Below are positions 19,053-27,955 of a stretch of DNA of 57,842 nucleotides, piece by piece (the stretch's first letter is position 1; the number at the start of each line of letters is the position of its first letter). The position numbers and the translations under genes are program-made. A model generated the notes under the pieces. That model saw nothing but the letters and a program-made list of their open reading frames with translations. It did no database searches and was not told the DNA's origin. The DNA comes from a virus (lineage: Duplodnaviria; Caudoviricetes). The stretch covers positions 1-57,842 of the IMG/VR virus record IMGVR_UViG_3300029787_000045; one strand, 5' to 3'.

Positions 19053-20687
19053 TTAATGTGTATCAGCCCATGTTTTTCCAACTTTATAATCACAGTCTAA
19101 TTCACATTTCATCTTAAGTGTCTTTGTTGTCTGTGTCATTGCCTCCTTTGTTAGTCTACAAAATCTTTCTATATCAGGGATAGCTACTTCAAACTGATAC
19201 TCATCATGTATTGAAGCAACTAATCTTACATCCAACTTAGCTTTAATAACTCGTTCCATGATGTGAACAAGCCACTGCTTACATACTATAGCACCAGCAC
19301 CCTGTAGTAAAGTGTTAAGTGCTGCATGTTCTGATCTAATACGTAAAAGCCTACCATCTAAAGCTTTTATTGTACCACCAGCAGATTCTTTACTAACCAG
19401 CATTCTAAGATGTTTAAGGGCTGGCATGTTATTTAAGAACCTAGTTATTAACTGTTGTCCATGCTTGGCTGTACCACCTACTATCTTACCAATCTTGGCT
19501 GCACCTGCACCATAAAGAAACGCATAGATAAAAGTCTTGGCTTGATCTCTAGTTTGTAATCCTGCTGCCTCTTGATTAGCTGTATGTACATCACCTGTTA
19601 ATACAATGTTTGTATATTCAGGATCATTCATGTAGTGTGCCAAGCATCTTAGTTCAAGACCACTGGCGTCAACACCTACCAAACGATATTTAGATGTATC
19701 ATCAACTGTCCATAGTCCTCTACATTCTTTGCCGTAAGGACTATAGACAGCGGGAACTTGTGCCATATTAGGAGATACATGTGCCATTCTTCCTGTTATA
19801 GTACGTAATGTCATTACACTACCACGAACTCGATTATCTTCTTGACATGCCATGATCCAAGACTTTAGTAGGCCAGTACGTTTCTGCAATAAAAAATATC
19901 TATTAAACATCTTAGCTTCTGGCATGTCAATCTTAGATAAAACTTCTTCATTAATAATCACATTACCTTTGTCAGTAAACTGTGTAGGTTTCCAGCCTTT
20001 TGCCTGTAACCTATCAGCAATTTGTTTACGACTTGCTATATTGAAGGGTATGTATTTAGTTTTAGTCTTTAGTATTACTTCAGTTGGTTCAAAATCTTCT
20101 TCTGCCTTACGCTCCAGTGTAGATAATTCATCTTGCAACTTAGCCTGTAAGATCATAGCTTCTTTTATTTTAAAAGAAAAGCCATTCTTCTGTTGCTTAT
20201 CTATGATAGCCCTGACTTTACCCTCTAGCTCGTAAGCTTTAGGATTGAACGATTTACCTTCTACCTCTAACTTTTTTGCTACAAGCCGTGTTACTTCTGT
20301 GTCACGTTTACAATACTCTAACATTTCAGGTGAGTAGTGTGCAAAATCATGGAAGTCACCTTTCTCAAAGACAAGGGTCTTACCCCAAGCTTCAAGCGAA
20401 TGACCACCATCACGTATAGGATTATATAACTGTGACTCAATGAGAGTATCACGTATCTGACTAAGCTTTATGTTACATCCAAGCAAACGATTCAGGACAG
20501 GAGCATCGAAGCTGATACCATTGTGCATAATAAAGGTATCAATTTGCTGCGACCAACTAGCAAACTCCGAACACTCCTGCCCTACCCACGTCTTAACCTT
20601 ATTAGTTTCATAACTCCTTGCTACAATACAGTGTATCTTTTTTGCATTTAAACTATCAGTTTCAATATCAACTATAGCTGTTGTCAT
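19053..20687 (-). CDS. polA: T7-like family A DNA polymerase with 3'-5' exonuclease
   Basis: DIET, HNG..FD, TITGRM, DASGLELR, RDQAKTFIYAFLYG and IHDEYQ. Confidence 0.95.
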   Translation of the reverse strand: MTTAIVDIETDSLNAKKIHCIVARSYETNKVKTWVGQECSEFASWSQQIDTFIMHNGISFDAPVLNRLLGCNIKLSQIRDTLIESQLYNPIRDGGHSLEAWGKTLVFEKGDFHDFAHYSPEMLEYCKRDTEVTRLVAKKLEVEGKSFNPKAYELEGKVRAIIDKQQKNGFSFKIKEAMILQAKLQDELSTLERKAEEDFEPTEVILKTKTKYIPFNIASRKQIADRLQAKGWKPTQFTDKGNVIINEEVLSKIDMPEAKMFNRYFLLQKRTGLLKSWIMACQEDNRVRGSVMTLRTITGRMAHVSPNMAQVPAVYSPYGKECRGLWTVDDTSKYRLVGVDASGLELRCLAHYMNDPEYTNIVLTGDVHTANQEAAGLQTRDQAKTFIYAFLYGAGAAKIGKIVGGTAKHGQQLITRFLNNMPALKHLRMLVSKESAGGTIKALDGRLLRIRSEHAALNTLLQGAGAIVCKQWLVHIMERVIKAKLDVRLVASIHDEYQFEVAIPDIERFCRLTKEAMTQTTKTLKMKCELDCDYKVGKTWADTH

Positions 20688-21148
20688 TATACTTTAATGA
20701 GACAAGCATCCTCCACTGGTATATGAAAGAACTTCTCACCCTCTTTGATGTTTCTATTAGATACTTCTTTTACTTCGCAGTCAAGTAAAATATTTGCGTC
20801 AATATGCCATGCTTGTTTGCAATCGTTACGCCACACTATAAATGTAAAGAGTGCATTGGGATATTCTTTTTTCCACTTAAGTAACAAGCGGTTCTTTCGG
20901 TAAGGGATACGTACTTCTTTCCAACTAGGGTTCCACTCGCCTTTCCAAGAATACTTAACCTCTACTTCATAAAGATGATGAACATTTTCTGTAGCTTTGC
21001 AGATAATATCAAAGTCTTTCCTTTCTGTAGTATCAATAGTTGTATAGTTCATATCTTTAATATACTTCAGAGTAGCTTTCTTGGCGTCTCTATCAGCTAT
21101 TTGATACAAAGCTCTGTCAAATTGTTTACGTTTACCCACATCACTCAT
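20687..21148 (-). CDS. Hypothetical protein, possible PD-(D/E)XK nuclease
   Basis: Start MSDVGKRK after AAGGA; DFDI...YEVEVK motif. Confidence 0.55.
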   Translation of the reverse strand: MSDVGKRKQFDRALYQIADRDAKKATLKYIKDMNYTTIDTTERKDFDIICKATENVHHLYEVEVKYSWKGEWNPSWKEVRIPYRKNRLLLKWKKEYPNALFTFIVWRNDCKQAWHIDANILLDCEVKEVSNRNIKEGEKFFHIPVEDACLIKV

Positions 21149-21171
21149 TTTATTTTCCTTTAATGTTGTGA

Positions 21172-21209
21172 AGTAAACCCTCGCCTCAGAGAGGCGGCGA
21201 GGGTTTACT
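21172..21209. other. Bulged hairpin element (family member)
   Basis: AGTAAACCCTC-GCCTC-AGA-GAGGC-GGC-GAGGGTTTACT. Confidence 0.75.
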
Positions 21210-21215
21210 GATATT

Positions 21216-22850
21216 TTATCTTTCATTTTCTGCAAAAGGATTATCAATCTGTGACATCCTACCAGTATTTTTATCATAGTGCAAGTAGCAAGCAACACCA
21301 GTGTCACCAGTGTACCTATTCTTTAAGATACGTATGGTAGTAGTGTTGGCTGCTTGTTCGTCGTCTGCCTGTTGGTTACGCTCCAGCGCAATTACTGCGT
21401 CAGATAAGTGTGCAATACTGGCAGACCCACGTAGATGTGATAGGGATACCTCACGTCCATCCTCATGCCCACGATCACCACTTGGCCTACGTAGGTGACT
21501 CACAAGCAGCAAGCCTATGTTTGTTTCTTCAACTAGAGAACGTAACTTAGTCATTAGAATATCAATTGACTTACGTTCATCACCGTTGTCTTCTTGACCT
21601 GATACCAAGATAGATAGATGATCAAGAATAATCCACTTGGTTTCTAGTGCCTTTGCCATGTAACGAACACGGCCTAAAATTTCATCGTTGCTTATAGAAC
21701 CAAAGTGATCAAAGGCAAAGAACCTACCACTGCCTATAGTTTTATCTTGCCACTCACGTAGTTGTTCTTTGGTATACTGATCACGTACTTCTTTGATATA
21801 GAGCCTAGCATTGGCTTCCACTGACATGATATTGAAAGCTGTATTTCGTATGCTTTCTTCCATTGCCAAAATACCAATGTTATCTTTGGTGTTCATTAAC
21901 AAGTGGTGCATTAGCTCACGCATGATGCTGGACTTACCCATACCAGCACCACTGGTAAACGTCACTAACTCACCCGTCCTCATGCCATAAGTCTTCTCAT
22001 TCATCTGTGTCCAAGGGTAGAGACAAGTCTCACAATATTTTTCATCGTATAGACTATCTCCTAAATCATGAAGGTTGACAATGCCAGCAGGAGTAAAGGG
22101 TTTAGCACCCCACCATGCAGTCATAAACTCTTCTGACTTACCTACCTTGAGATATTCGTTAGCATCCTTCAAGTCTAGGTTCATAACCTTACACTTATTA
22201 GGCTCAAAGATTTCAGCTACATCAGCAGCCGCTTGCTTGCCAGCCTTGTCGTTGTCAAAGCATAAAACTACCTGATCAAACTGATTAAGGTACTCAAAAG
22301 ATTGCTTACAATTAGCTACAGCAGATTGCGCCCCATTCTTTAGGGAAACACAAGGCCACTTTGATCCCATCATTTGATAGGCAGACATAGCATCTACTTC
22401 GCCTTCACAAATGGTAATGAACTTACCCTTTTGAGTAAATACATTCTGACCAAACAATCCGGCACTGGTCATTGTCCCTTCAGACCAGAACTTTTTGTTG
22501 GCTGTGTCACGTACCTTATTACAGATATGATTACCATTCGTATCATAATACTGATAGACATGGTGTGTTATCATGGCCCCCTTCTTTTTTATGAGAGTGC
22601 CATACTTCTTAGCCGTATCTCTAAGAATCTTTCTATCTGAAATATCACTATAGTCAGCCATCTTGCTGTATGTTAATTCAGTGTATATTTGTTGTATCGG
22701 TGATTGAGTAGCCATAGAATTGACTTCCTTTGAGTGTTGATAAGTTTTACAGCTAAAGCAGTAGGTATGTCCATCAGGGTAGTGATGATTAGCGTCAGAA
22801 GAATTACAGTTAGGGCATGGCCCTTTTCTTCCTTTTTCTTCGGGTTGCAT
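21216..22850 (-). CDS. T7 gp4-like primase-helicase
   Basis: CPNC..CFSC zinc finger, ICEGEVDA, FDNDKAG (TOPRIM), SGAGMGKS, ILDHL, LRGS and KNRYTG. Confidence 0.95.
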   Translation of the reverse strand: MQPEEKGRKGPCPNCNSSDANHHYPDGHTYCFSCKTYQHSKEVNSMATQSPIQQIYTELTYSKMADYSDISDRKILRDTAKKYGTLIKKKGAMITHHVYQYYDTNGNHICNKVRDTANKKFWSEGTMTSAGLFGQNVFTQKGKFITICEGEVDAMSAYQMMGSKWPCVSLKNGAQSAVANCKQSFEYLNQFDQVVLCFDNDKAGKQAAADVAEIFEPNKCKVMNLDLKDANEYLKVGKSEEFMTAWWGAKPFTPAGIVNLHDLGDSLYDEKYCETCLYPWTQMNEKTYGMRTGELVTFTSGAGMGKSSIMRELMHHLLMNTKDNIGILAMEESIRNTAFNIMSVEANARLYIKEVRDQYTKEQLREWQDKTIGSGRFFAFDHFGSISNDEILGRVRYMAKALETKWIILDHLSILVSGQEDNGDERKSIDILMTKLRSLVEETNIGLLLVSHLRRPSGDRGHEDGREVSLSHLRGSASIAHLSDAVIALERNQQADDEQAANTTTIRILKNRYTGDTGVACYLHYDKNTGRMSQIDNPFAENER

Positions 22851-23004
22851 TGGGGTATCCTTTTGCAATTGAATAGGTCTCATGGTCTTTTAGTTTTAAG
22901 ACATAGCATAATTGTTGCCTGTTATCCAACTCTTTCTGTGCTTCATATTTAGTCCTATAACTCTTTATAATTTTATTCTTATATAATATATTATACATCT
23001 TCAA
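22810..23004 (-). CDS. Small hypothetical protein
   Basis: Fits the chain of overlapping minus-strand ORFs. Confidence 0.5.
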   Translation of the reverse strand: MKMYNILYKNKIIKSYRTKYEAQKELDNRQQLCYVLKLKDHETYSIAKGYPNATRRKRKKRAMP

Positions 23005-23176
23005 AAGTTTCTTTCCAAAGATTTATAACAAAGTCTTCTTTATCTTCCATGATTTCGTTAAGCTCAATCTTAGCTAAGTGGCGAGCTTCTTTAAGATCAT
23101 AGCCTTCTTCTTTATACTGTCGAACAAGGTTCCTCAGTATAGCTGATTTTTCTTTCTGCCAAAAATTCTTACTCAT
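22991..23176 (-). CDS. Small hypothetical protein
   Basis: Overlapping-ORF chain; Y.EEGY..KEA pattern. Confidence 0.6.
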   Translation of the reverse strand: MSKNFWQKEKSAILRNLVRQYKEEGYDLKEARHLAKIELNEIMEDKEDFVINLWKETFEDV

Positions 23177-23339
23177 CTAGTATATCTTTTAAAAACTCTT
23201 CTACGTCTTCTCTATTTGTAGGTTCATACCCATTATCTAACATAGTGTACCATAAATCAGCAGGATAACCAAGAGATTTTCTTAAATACTCTTGCTTCTT
23301 TTTCCAATGACTATAAAAATTATGTATCTCTGCCGTCAT
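23169..23339 (-). CDS. 56-aa hypothetical protein (not in ORF track)
   Basis: My translation MTAEIHNFYSHWKKKQE...KDILDE* fills the gap. Confidence 0.55.
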   Translation of the reverse strand: MTAEIHNFYSHWKKKQEYLRKSLGYPADLWYTMLDNGYEPTNREDVEEFLKDILDE

Positions 23340-23529
23340 TTAACTCAGCCCATAACTTATTTGGGGCATTATCCTTCTTTGCAATAGACAATTCTTTTCT
23401 AAGTTGTTTATTAGCATCAGTCAACTCCCTTACTTGTAATTTTAATGTAGCTATATTTTTATGTAATACAGCTACATATCCATTATATTCGTCAGTGAAC
23501 TCTGTCAATTTTAATAAATCCTTCTTCAA
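23320..23529 (-). CDS. Small coiled-coil hypothetical protein
   Basis: Overlapping-ORF chain. Confidence 0.5.
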   Translation of the reverse strand: MKKDLLKLTEFTDEYNGYVAVLHKNIATLKLQVRELTDANKQLRKELSIAKKDNAPNKLWAELNDGRDT

Positions 23530-23692
23530 ATACTACACTATCATCAATTCCTAGAGAGTGTAGAAATTCTATAGCTTCTTTTTCAGTATTAAATTTAAGA
23601 GGAATACCATTAGGTGAGGTTAATAGATCAAAGCAATCAAAATTTTTTGAATTTAGATATTCCTCTAGAATATTTTGAACTATAACATACAT
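23492..23692 (-). CDS. Small hypothetical protein
   Basis: Overlapping-ORF chain. Confidence 0.5.
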   Translation of the reverse strand: MYVIVQNILEEYLNSKNFDCFDLLTSPNGIPLKFNTEKEAIEFLHSLGIDDSVVFEEGFIKIDRVH

Positions 23693-23698
23693 ACTAAC

Positions 23699-23893
23699 TT
23701 AAGACTTCCGTTTATTTTTAAATTTTCTGTATGTAGTTACATCATTTTCAAACCAACTAATTTCTTTTTCAATTTCTGTACGTGCTTCGATAAGAAACTC
23801 TAACTTTTTTTCTAGTTGAAGAAGATTATAATCAGGGCTACCTACTAAAGTTGGGTTGCCCCTTATTTTTTTAATCGCCTGAACGCTAATCAT
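23699..23893 (-). CDS. Small hypothetical protein
   Basis: GAGG RBS; overlaps the cupin stop. Confidence 0.5.
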   Translation of the reverse strand: MISVQAIKKIRGNPTLVGSPDYNLLQLEKKLEFLIEARTEIEKEISWFENDVTTYRKFKNKRKS

Positions 23894-24302
23894 CTTTACC
23901 TCTTTTATTTACTCCAAAAATATCGCCAATGGTTTCAGGGAATAGATCATATTCTTTAGACATCCCACCTACAATATCTCTTTTAATATCATTGAGTGAT
24001 AACTCAGACCAATAAACTTCTAGTGCTTTAGTATCACGTTTAGCCTTAAACATATGATATTCTCCCGCAGGAACTATCGCTACGTCTTCCGCATATAAAA
24101 CTGTAACATCTACTAAGTCATAGTCTTTCCACCTATGTATTTCTAACTCACCGTCCTCCACATAGAAAGCATTTATCTTTGACTGATGACAATGCTTAGA
24201 GCAATACCCACCAGCATTAACAAAGATAGAATGCAATTCTATTTGAGGGCGTTGAATGAGGGGGATTGTTGTTCCCCACACCTTTCCTTCTATTATACTC
24301 AT
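23886..24302 (-). CDS. Cupin-fold protein (sugar isomerase-like)
   Basis: KVWG, CSKHCHQSK.N.FYV..G, VPAGEYHMF and LEVYW. Confidence 0.75.
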   Translation of the reverse strand: MSIIEGKVWGTTIPLIQRPQIELHSIFVNAGGYCSKHCHQSKINAFYVEDGELEIHRWKDYDLVDVTVLYAEDVAIVPAGEYHMFKAKRDTKALEVYWSELSLNDIKRDIVGGMSKEYDLFPETIGDIFGVNKRGKDD

Positions 24303-24488
24303 TTACTTTGACTCAACTCTTCATTCATGTTTAAGAAACTATTAATATCTGTTAAACTTACTTCTGAAATACTTTTTGATTTAATACCAGAAGCTTCTAA
24401 AACAGATAGAATATAATCTTCTAAGTCTTCTGGTATGTGGTTGTGATTAGTGTAGTTAAAAAAGTACATCTTTACATTCCTTATCATA
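24299..24488 (-). CDS. Small hypothetical protein
   Basis: Downstream of a promoter; start uncertain. Confidence 0.45.
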
Positions 24489-24506
24489 TAGAAGCAAGTG
24501 CTTCCT

Positions 24507-24535
24507 ATTATACCATACAATTATATTACCTACAA
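24507..24535 (-). promoter_or_regulatory. Sigma70-type promoter with extended -10
   Basis: TTGTAG-N17-TATAAT; TATGGTATAATAG is identical to the 32073 promoter. Confidence 0.55.
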
Positions 24536-24600
24536 TAGTTAGTCAAATAATATTTTTAACACCATAACTATTATAGTAGGAATTATAATAAACTCTAACA

Positions 24601-25539
24601 TTATACAGCCTCTAACTCTAACCAAGTAGGTGACACCAACATTTTCTTTACAGCTTCCTCACGCAATACCCTCTTTTGATGACCCTTAGTATGTTGGTAA
24701 GGTTTGCTAGAAAAAGAAGAACCTACGTGAGTAGACCACGCAGTAGCAGCCTGATATGCTGTCCATAGTGAACCCTTCATTTGTGTACCGTACTTCTCAT
24801 AGAGACCCCTACCATGTACGTGACGGTTCTCATTGTCAAACGTCTTCATGAGGTTAGACAACATAACTTTGTTAGCCACGTTCTTACGCTTGACATTATC
24901 AAATCGCTTTGCTAATGTCTTGGTAAACAAATCAATTGCATTGTCTCTGCTAAGTTCAGTATTGTACCATTTCTTCATTTGTGTCAGGCCATCACCAGAA
25001 ATGTACTCAGATGCCGCCTTGATCTTGGCACCAAATGTCACAGCATCAAAGCCTTTAGTGTGCCTACCGTATACATAGGCCAGCTTATCACCAGTGACTA
25101 AGGTGTTAAAACAGAACGCTCTGAACAAGCCCATCATGCCATTGTTAGCCCATGTCCTGTTATGGCTAGTACGAAAGACAAACTGTGGTATTACAGGGCC
25201 AGTTCCATCTATGTCCTGTGCATGAGCAGGAAACTTGGCAACCAGCTCCATCCTTGCACCATTGTCATAAGTATTGGTGGTAAATTCAGCATCAGTCAGG
25301 TCTAACCCTGCTAGATTGAGTGCTTCTTCAATCTGATCTACGATAGTAAGATACTGTGTAGGCTCATAACTATCTGACACAATAGCCAGTGGTTCCAGAG
25401 TATCTACACGACGCAGACCTACCCCAATCTCTGTAGGTACTTTAGTTAAGGTGCTAGGGTTATATAGCCCAGAGTAGGGTGTATACAGTGGGAACTTCTC
25501 TACTTGAAAGTTTAGTTTATCATGGTCAAACATATTCAT
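24601..25539 (-). CDS. DUF932-like protein
   Basis: L.IVSD.Y.P.Q, SHN, FRAFCFN, RHT and SLW.AY.A.T...TH motifs. Confidence 0.75.
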   Translation of the reverse strand: MNMFDHDKLNFQVEKFPLYTPYSGLYNPSTLTKVPTEIGVGLRRVDTLEPLAIVSDSYEPTQYLTIVDQIEEALNLAGLDLTDAEFTTNTYDNGARMELVAKFPAHAQDIDGTGPVIPQFVFRTSHNRTWANNGMMGLFRAFCFNTLVTGDKLAYVYGRHTKGFDAVTFGAKIKAASEYISGDGLTQMKKWYNTELSRDNAIDLFTKTLAKRFDNVKRKNVANKVMLSNLMKTFDNENRHVHGRGLYEKYGTQMKGSLWTAYQAATAWSTHVGSSFSSKPYQHTKGHQKRVLREEAVKKMLVSPTWLELEAV

Positions 25540-25706
25540 TCTCCAATTTTTAAGGTAATAGGTGCATCTTTATCATGAAAGCATTCTAGTGTAAATTTCT
25601 CTCCTTTAGTTGTTGTTACTTCTACATCTATTGTTCCAAATGTTTTCATATCTATTTTAGATATAACAATATTACTTACGTTGTGTATTGTACCTCTTTT
25701 CATCAT
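25536..25706 (-). CDS. 56-aa hypothetical protein (not in ORF track)
   Basis: My translation MMKRGTIHNVSNIV...LKIGE*; ATGA overlap with the next gene. Confidence 0.55.
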   Translation of the reverse strand: MMKRGTIHNVSNIVISKIDMKTFGTIDVEVTTTKGEKFTLECFHDKDAPITLKIGE

Positions 25707-25720
25707 CTTCCCTTTCAGTG

Positions 25721-25918
25721 TTACACCAGTGTTATACTAAGAGTATTCGAGTAGTCTTTTGTCACTTCATCTATAGTATCATAATGATAATTTTTTTCAT
25801 AGTATTCCTTCTCGCCTGTTCCTTCACATTCATGGCATTTATATGGTATAGTATTATAACCGTATAATTCACCTTGTCCATTACAATCTTCACATTGTTG
25901 TACAATAATCCAAGTCAT
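25721..25918 (-). CDS. DnaJ-type zinc-finger mini-protein
   Basis: CEDCNGQG and CHECEGTG (CxxCxGxG twice). Confidence 0.7.
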   Translation of the reverse strand: MTWIIVQQCEDCNGQGELYGYNTIPYKCHECEGTGEKEYYEKNYHYDTIDEVTKDYSNTLSITLV

Positions 25919-26052
25919 TTCATTTCCTTATATGTTTTCATAGCTATATCTGTAGCTGCATGTTTAGCTTCACCTTCACTCATGCCATTAGCTATTAATT
26001 CATCAAAGGCTTCTTCCCAGAATTGTAAGAGTATTTCTTCATTCAACAACAT
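25915..26052 (-). CDS. 45-aa hypothetical protein (not in ORF track)
   Basis: My translation MLLNEEILLQFWEEAFDELIANG...YKEMK*; GAGGA upstream. Confidence 0.5.
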   Translation of the reverse strand: MLLNEEILLQFWEEAFDELIANGMSEGEAKHAATDIAMKTYKEMK

Positions 26053-26092
26053 GGTTTAAATTATCCTCTCTAATTTCTTCCTTTGGAATAAA

Positions 26093-26148
26093 GTATTGAA
26101 GCAATCCCTCGCTTCGCAGAAGTGAGTGAGGGATTGCTGGTGGTTGAT
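26093..26148. repeat. 56-bp dispersed repeat containing a bulged hairpin, copy 1
   Basis: 55/56 identical to 29585-29640; AGCAATCCCTC/GAGGGATTGCT stem. Confidence 0.95.
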
Positions 26149-26161
26149 CACGCTGTCTTCT

Positions 26162-26410
26162 TTAACTCGATTTGGAATAGTGTGTATGATCGTTAATAAA
26201 CTCAATGAGTTCTTTTGCATCATTTAGTCCTATCACTTTTCCAATAATTCCTTTAGAATTTCCTTCTTCATCTACGTTAATCATAGCTGCCTCAATAGAA
26301 CCTTTTTCTCTAATACCTGATACTCCTAAATTATTTTTCTCATGAATAGAAACTTGAATTAAAGATATGTAAATATTATCTCTTAATTTTATCCTAATTC
26401 CACTTGACAT
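26162..26410 (-). CDS. Hypothetical protein
   Basis: Fits the operon packing. Confidence 0.55.
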   Translation of the reverse strand: MSSGIRIKLRDNIYISLIQVSIHEKNNLGVSGIREKGSIEAAMINVDEEGNSKGIIGKVIGLNDAKELIEFINDHTHYSKSS

Positions 26411-26415
26411 TTTAG

Positions 26416-26742
26416 TTACCTTTCTAAGGCTGCAATTAATCTAGTCTTGACTTGATGTTCATAGGGTATTTCTTCTGGCTTTTCATTAAAAGCTACTGAT
26501 TTATCATATGGTTCATCTGTTCTTTTTTTTCTCCTACTTATAGAATTTCTATGTTCTGAACTAGGTTTACATAATCCGGCTCTATTTTTAATACCTATCA
26601 CAGAGTTTCTAGTAAGTAAATTATGTAAATGACCTCTTAACTTTTTGTTTGCTTCTTGAGCTACTTGTGAAGAACTCAACCCATCTTTAAAGAGACTAAG
26701 TACTACTGTTTTAGTTATTTCAGTATGAGTATGAATAGCCAT
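26416..26742 (-). CDS. gcrA: GcrA-like cell-cycle regulator (N-terminal HTH)
   Basis: GLSSSQVA...TRNSVIGIKNRAGL matches the GcrA G.SASQIA..TRNAVIGK.HRLGL pattern. Confidence 0.7.
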   Translation of the reverse strand: MAIHTHTEITKTVVLSLFKDGLSSSQVAQEANKKLRGHLHNLLTRNSVIGIKNRAGLCKPSSEHRNSISRRKKRTDEPYDKSVAFNEKPEEIPYEHQVKTRLIAALER

Positions 26743-26894
26743 CAGTCTTCTCTTTCTATGCCTATGGTTTCAGTCAGCATACGCACTTCTCCTACTTTCA
26801 TATCGTGAAATTTCTTTTTAACTTCATCTTCCTGCCTTCTGGCAAAATAGTAGTCTGTTAATTTAGAGTCAAAAAGTAAAAATGATTTCCTCAT
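26742..26894 (-). CDS. 50-aa hypothetical protein (not in ORF track)
   Basis: My translation begins MRKSFLLFDSKLTDYYF; overlaps both neighbours. Confidence 0.45.
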   Translation of the reverse strand: MRKSFLLFDSKLTDYYFARRQEDEVKKKFHDMKVGEVRMLTETIGIERED

Positions 26895-27502
26895 TTTGCA
26901 ATACTCCTAAAAGTTGAAATTGGTAGAATACACTTCACATGGAAAGTGGATACTTGTTCCACATCTTGAAAACTTTTTGGATATAAATCCGCTAGAAATT
27001 CGCACCAACTATCCCAAAGGTATTCGCATCCCCCTAATTCTTCACAGGTTTTCAAATACAACTCAGCTTTTCTTAAAGCTGTATCGTATTTTAATTTCTT
27101 AGAAAGTTTAAAAGTATGAGGTGATAATCCGAACCTTCTAAGGTTATGACTATCTAAACAACCTACTTCACCAACGCATAGTTGTAATACAAAACCAGCT
27201 TTGGGTAGTCCTATGCCGGGAATAGAAGCTACGTTTAAAAGTTTAATTTCTAATGGCATATTAGGATCATGAATATCTTCATATAGTTTTTTCTTATTCT
27301 TGGCAGAATAGGTTAGCGTATCAGCTTTAGATCCCCAAGCATATTTGCTTTCAATACCTTCTTTCAGAAAAGAGTTATAAATTTTATCTGCGGTGCTAAA
27401 GTGTTGTTGAATTGTAGCACTAACAAACCATATTACTTTCATGGTGTTTGTTGGACTTTTTTCTGCCCATTTCTGGATTATTGGCTGATGATCTTTGAAC
27501 AT
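26891..27502 (-). CDS. Helix-hairpin-helix DNA glycosylase-like protein
   Basis: SIPGIGLPKAGF (HhH with Lys) followed by GCLDSHNLR, resembling OGG-type HhH-GPD enzymes. Confidence 0.6.
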   Translation of the reverse strand: MFKDHQPIIQKWAEKSPTNTMKVIWFVSATIQQHFSTADKIYNSFLKEGIESKYAWGSKADTLTYSAKNKKKLYEDIHDPNMPLEIKLLNVASIPGIGLPKAGFVLQLCVGEVGCLDSHNLRRFGLSPHTFKLSKKLKYDTALRKAELYLKTCEELGGCEYLWDSWCEFLADLYPKSFQDVEQVSTFHVKCILPISTFRSIAK

Positions 27503-27774
27503 TCTACTTCTCCTATTTCTGTTACGTTTATGCCTGTCAGATGTTCGTGTGTATTGTATGCCTTTAAGTGTGCGGCCTCTTCATCTTCTGCATACACTAC
27601 CACACTATCAGGATAAAATATCCCAATGGCACCGATTTTACGGCCTTGTCTCCACTCTACTCTATATTTTTTCATTTTATTTACCTCATCAAACATTGTT
27701 ACTTGTTTCATTAGCTTTAGTTCCTTTAGTTTAGTTCGGTTACTGACTGCCATCATCTTTGTCTCCGACCTCAT
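27478..27774 (-). CDS. Hypothetical protein
   Basis: Operon packing; start uncertain. Confidence 0.5.
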   Translation of the reverse strand: MRSETKMMAVSNRTKLKELKLMKQVTMFDEVNKMKKYRVEWRQGRKIGAIGIFYPDSVVVYAEDEEAAHLKAYNTHEHLTGINVTEIGEVECSKIISQ

Positions 27775-27955
27775 TCCTTACTTCGTTGCAATCGTTATAG
27801 GTTGCAACATAACCAAATTGATTATACAGATCAACGCCGTTCGTACCGACGCTAGGATACACAATAAGTTTACCGTTACATCGAATATCAAGCTCCGCTT
27901 GTAGATATTCAATTGCTAGTTGATCTTCTGGAATTACTACCAAATATTCAGTCAT
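27740..27955 (-). CDS. Hypothetical protein
   Basis: GAGG RBS; operon packing. Confidence 0.5.
   Translation of the reverse strand: MTEYLVVIPEDQLAIEYLQAELDIRCNGKLIVYPSVGTNGVDLYNQFGYVATYNDCNEVRNEVGDKDDGSQ

Noticed and set aside
24520-24546. TTGACT...TATAAT promoter on the minus strand
   Set aside because: The spacer is only 15 nt; the neighbouring extended -10 element at 24507-24535 fits better.
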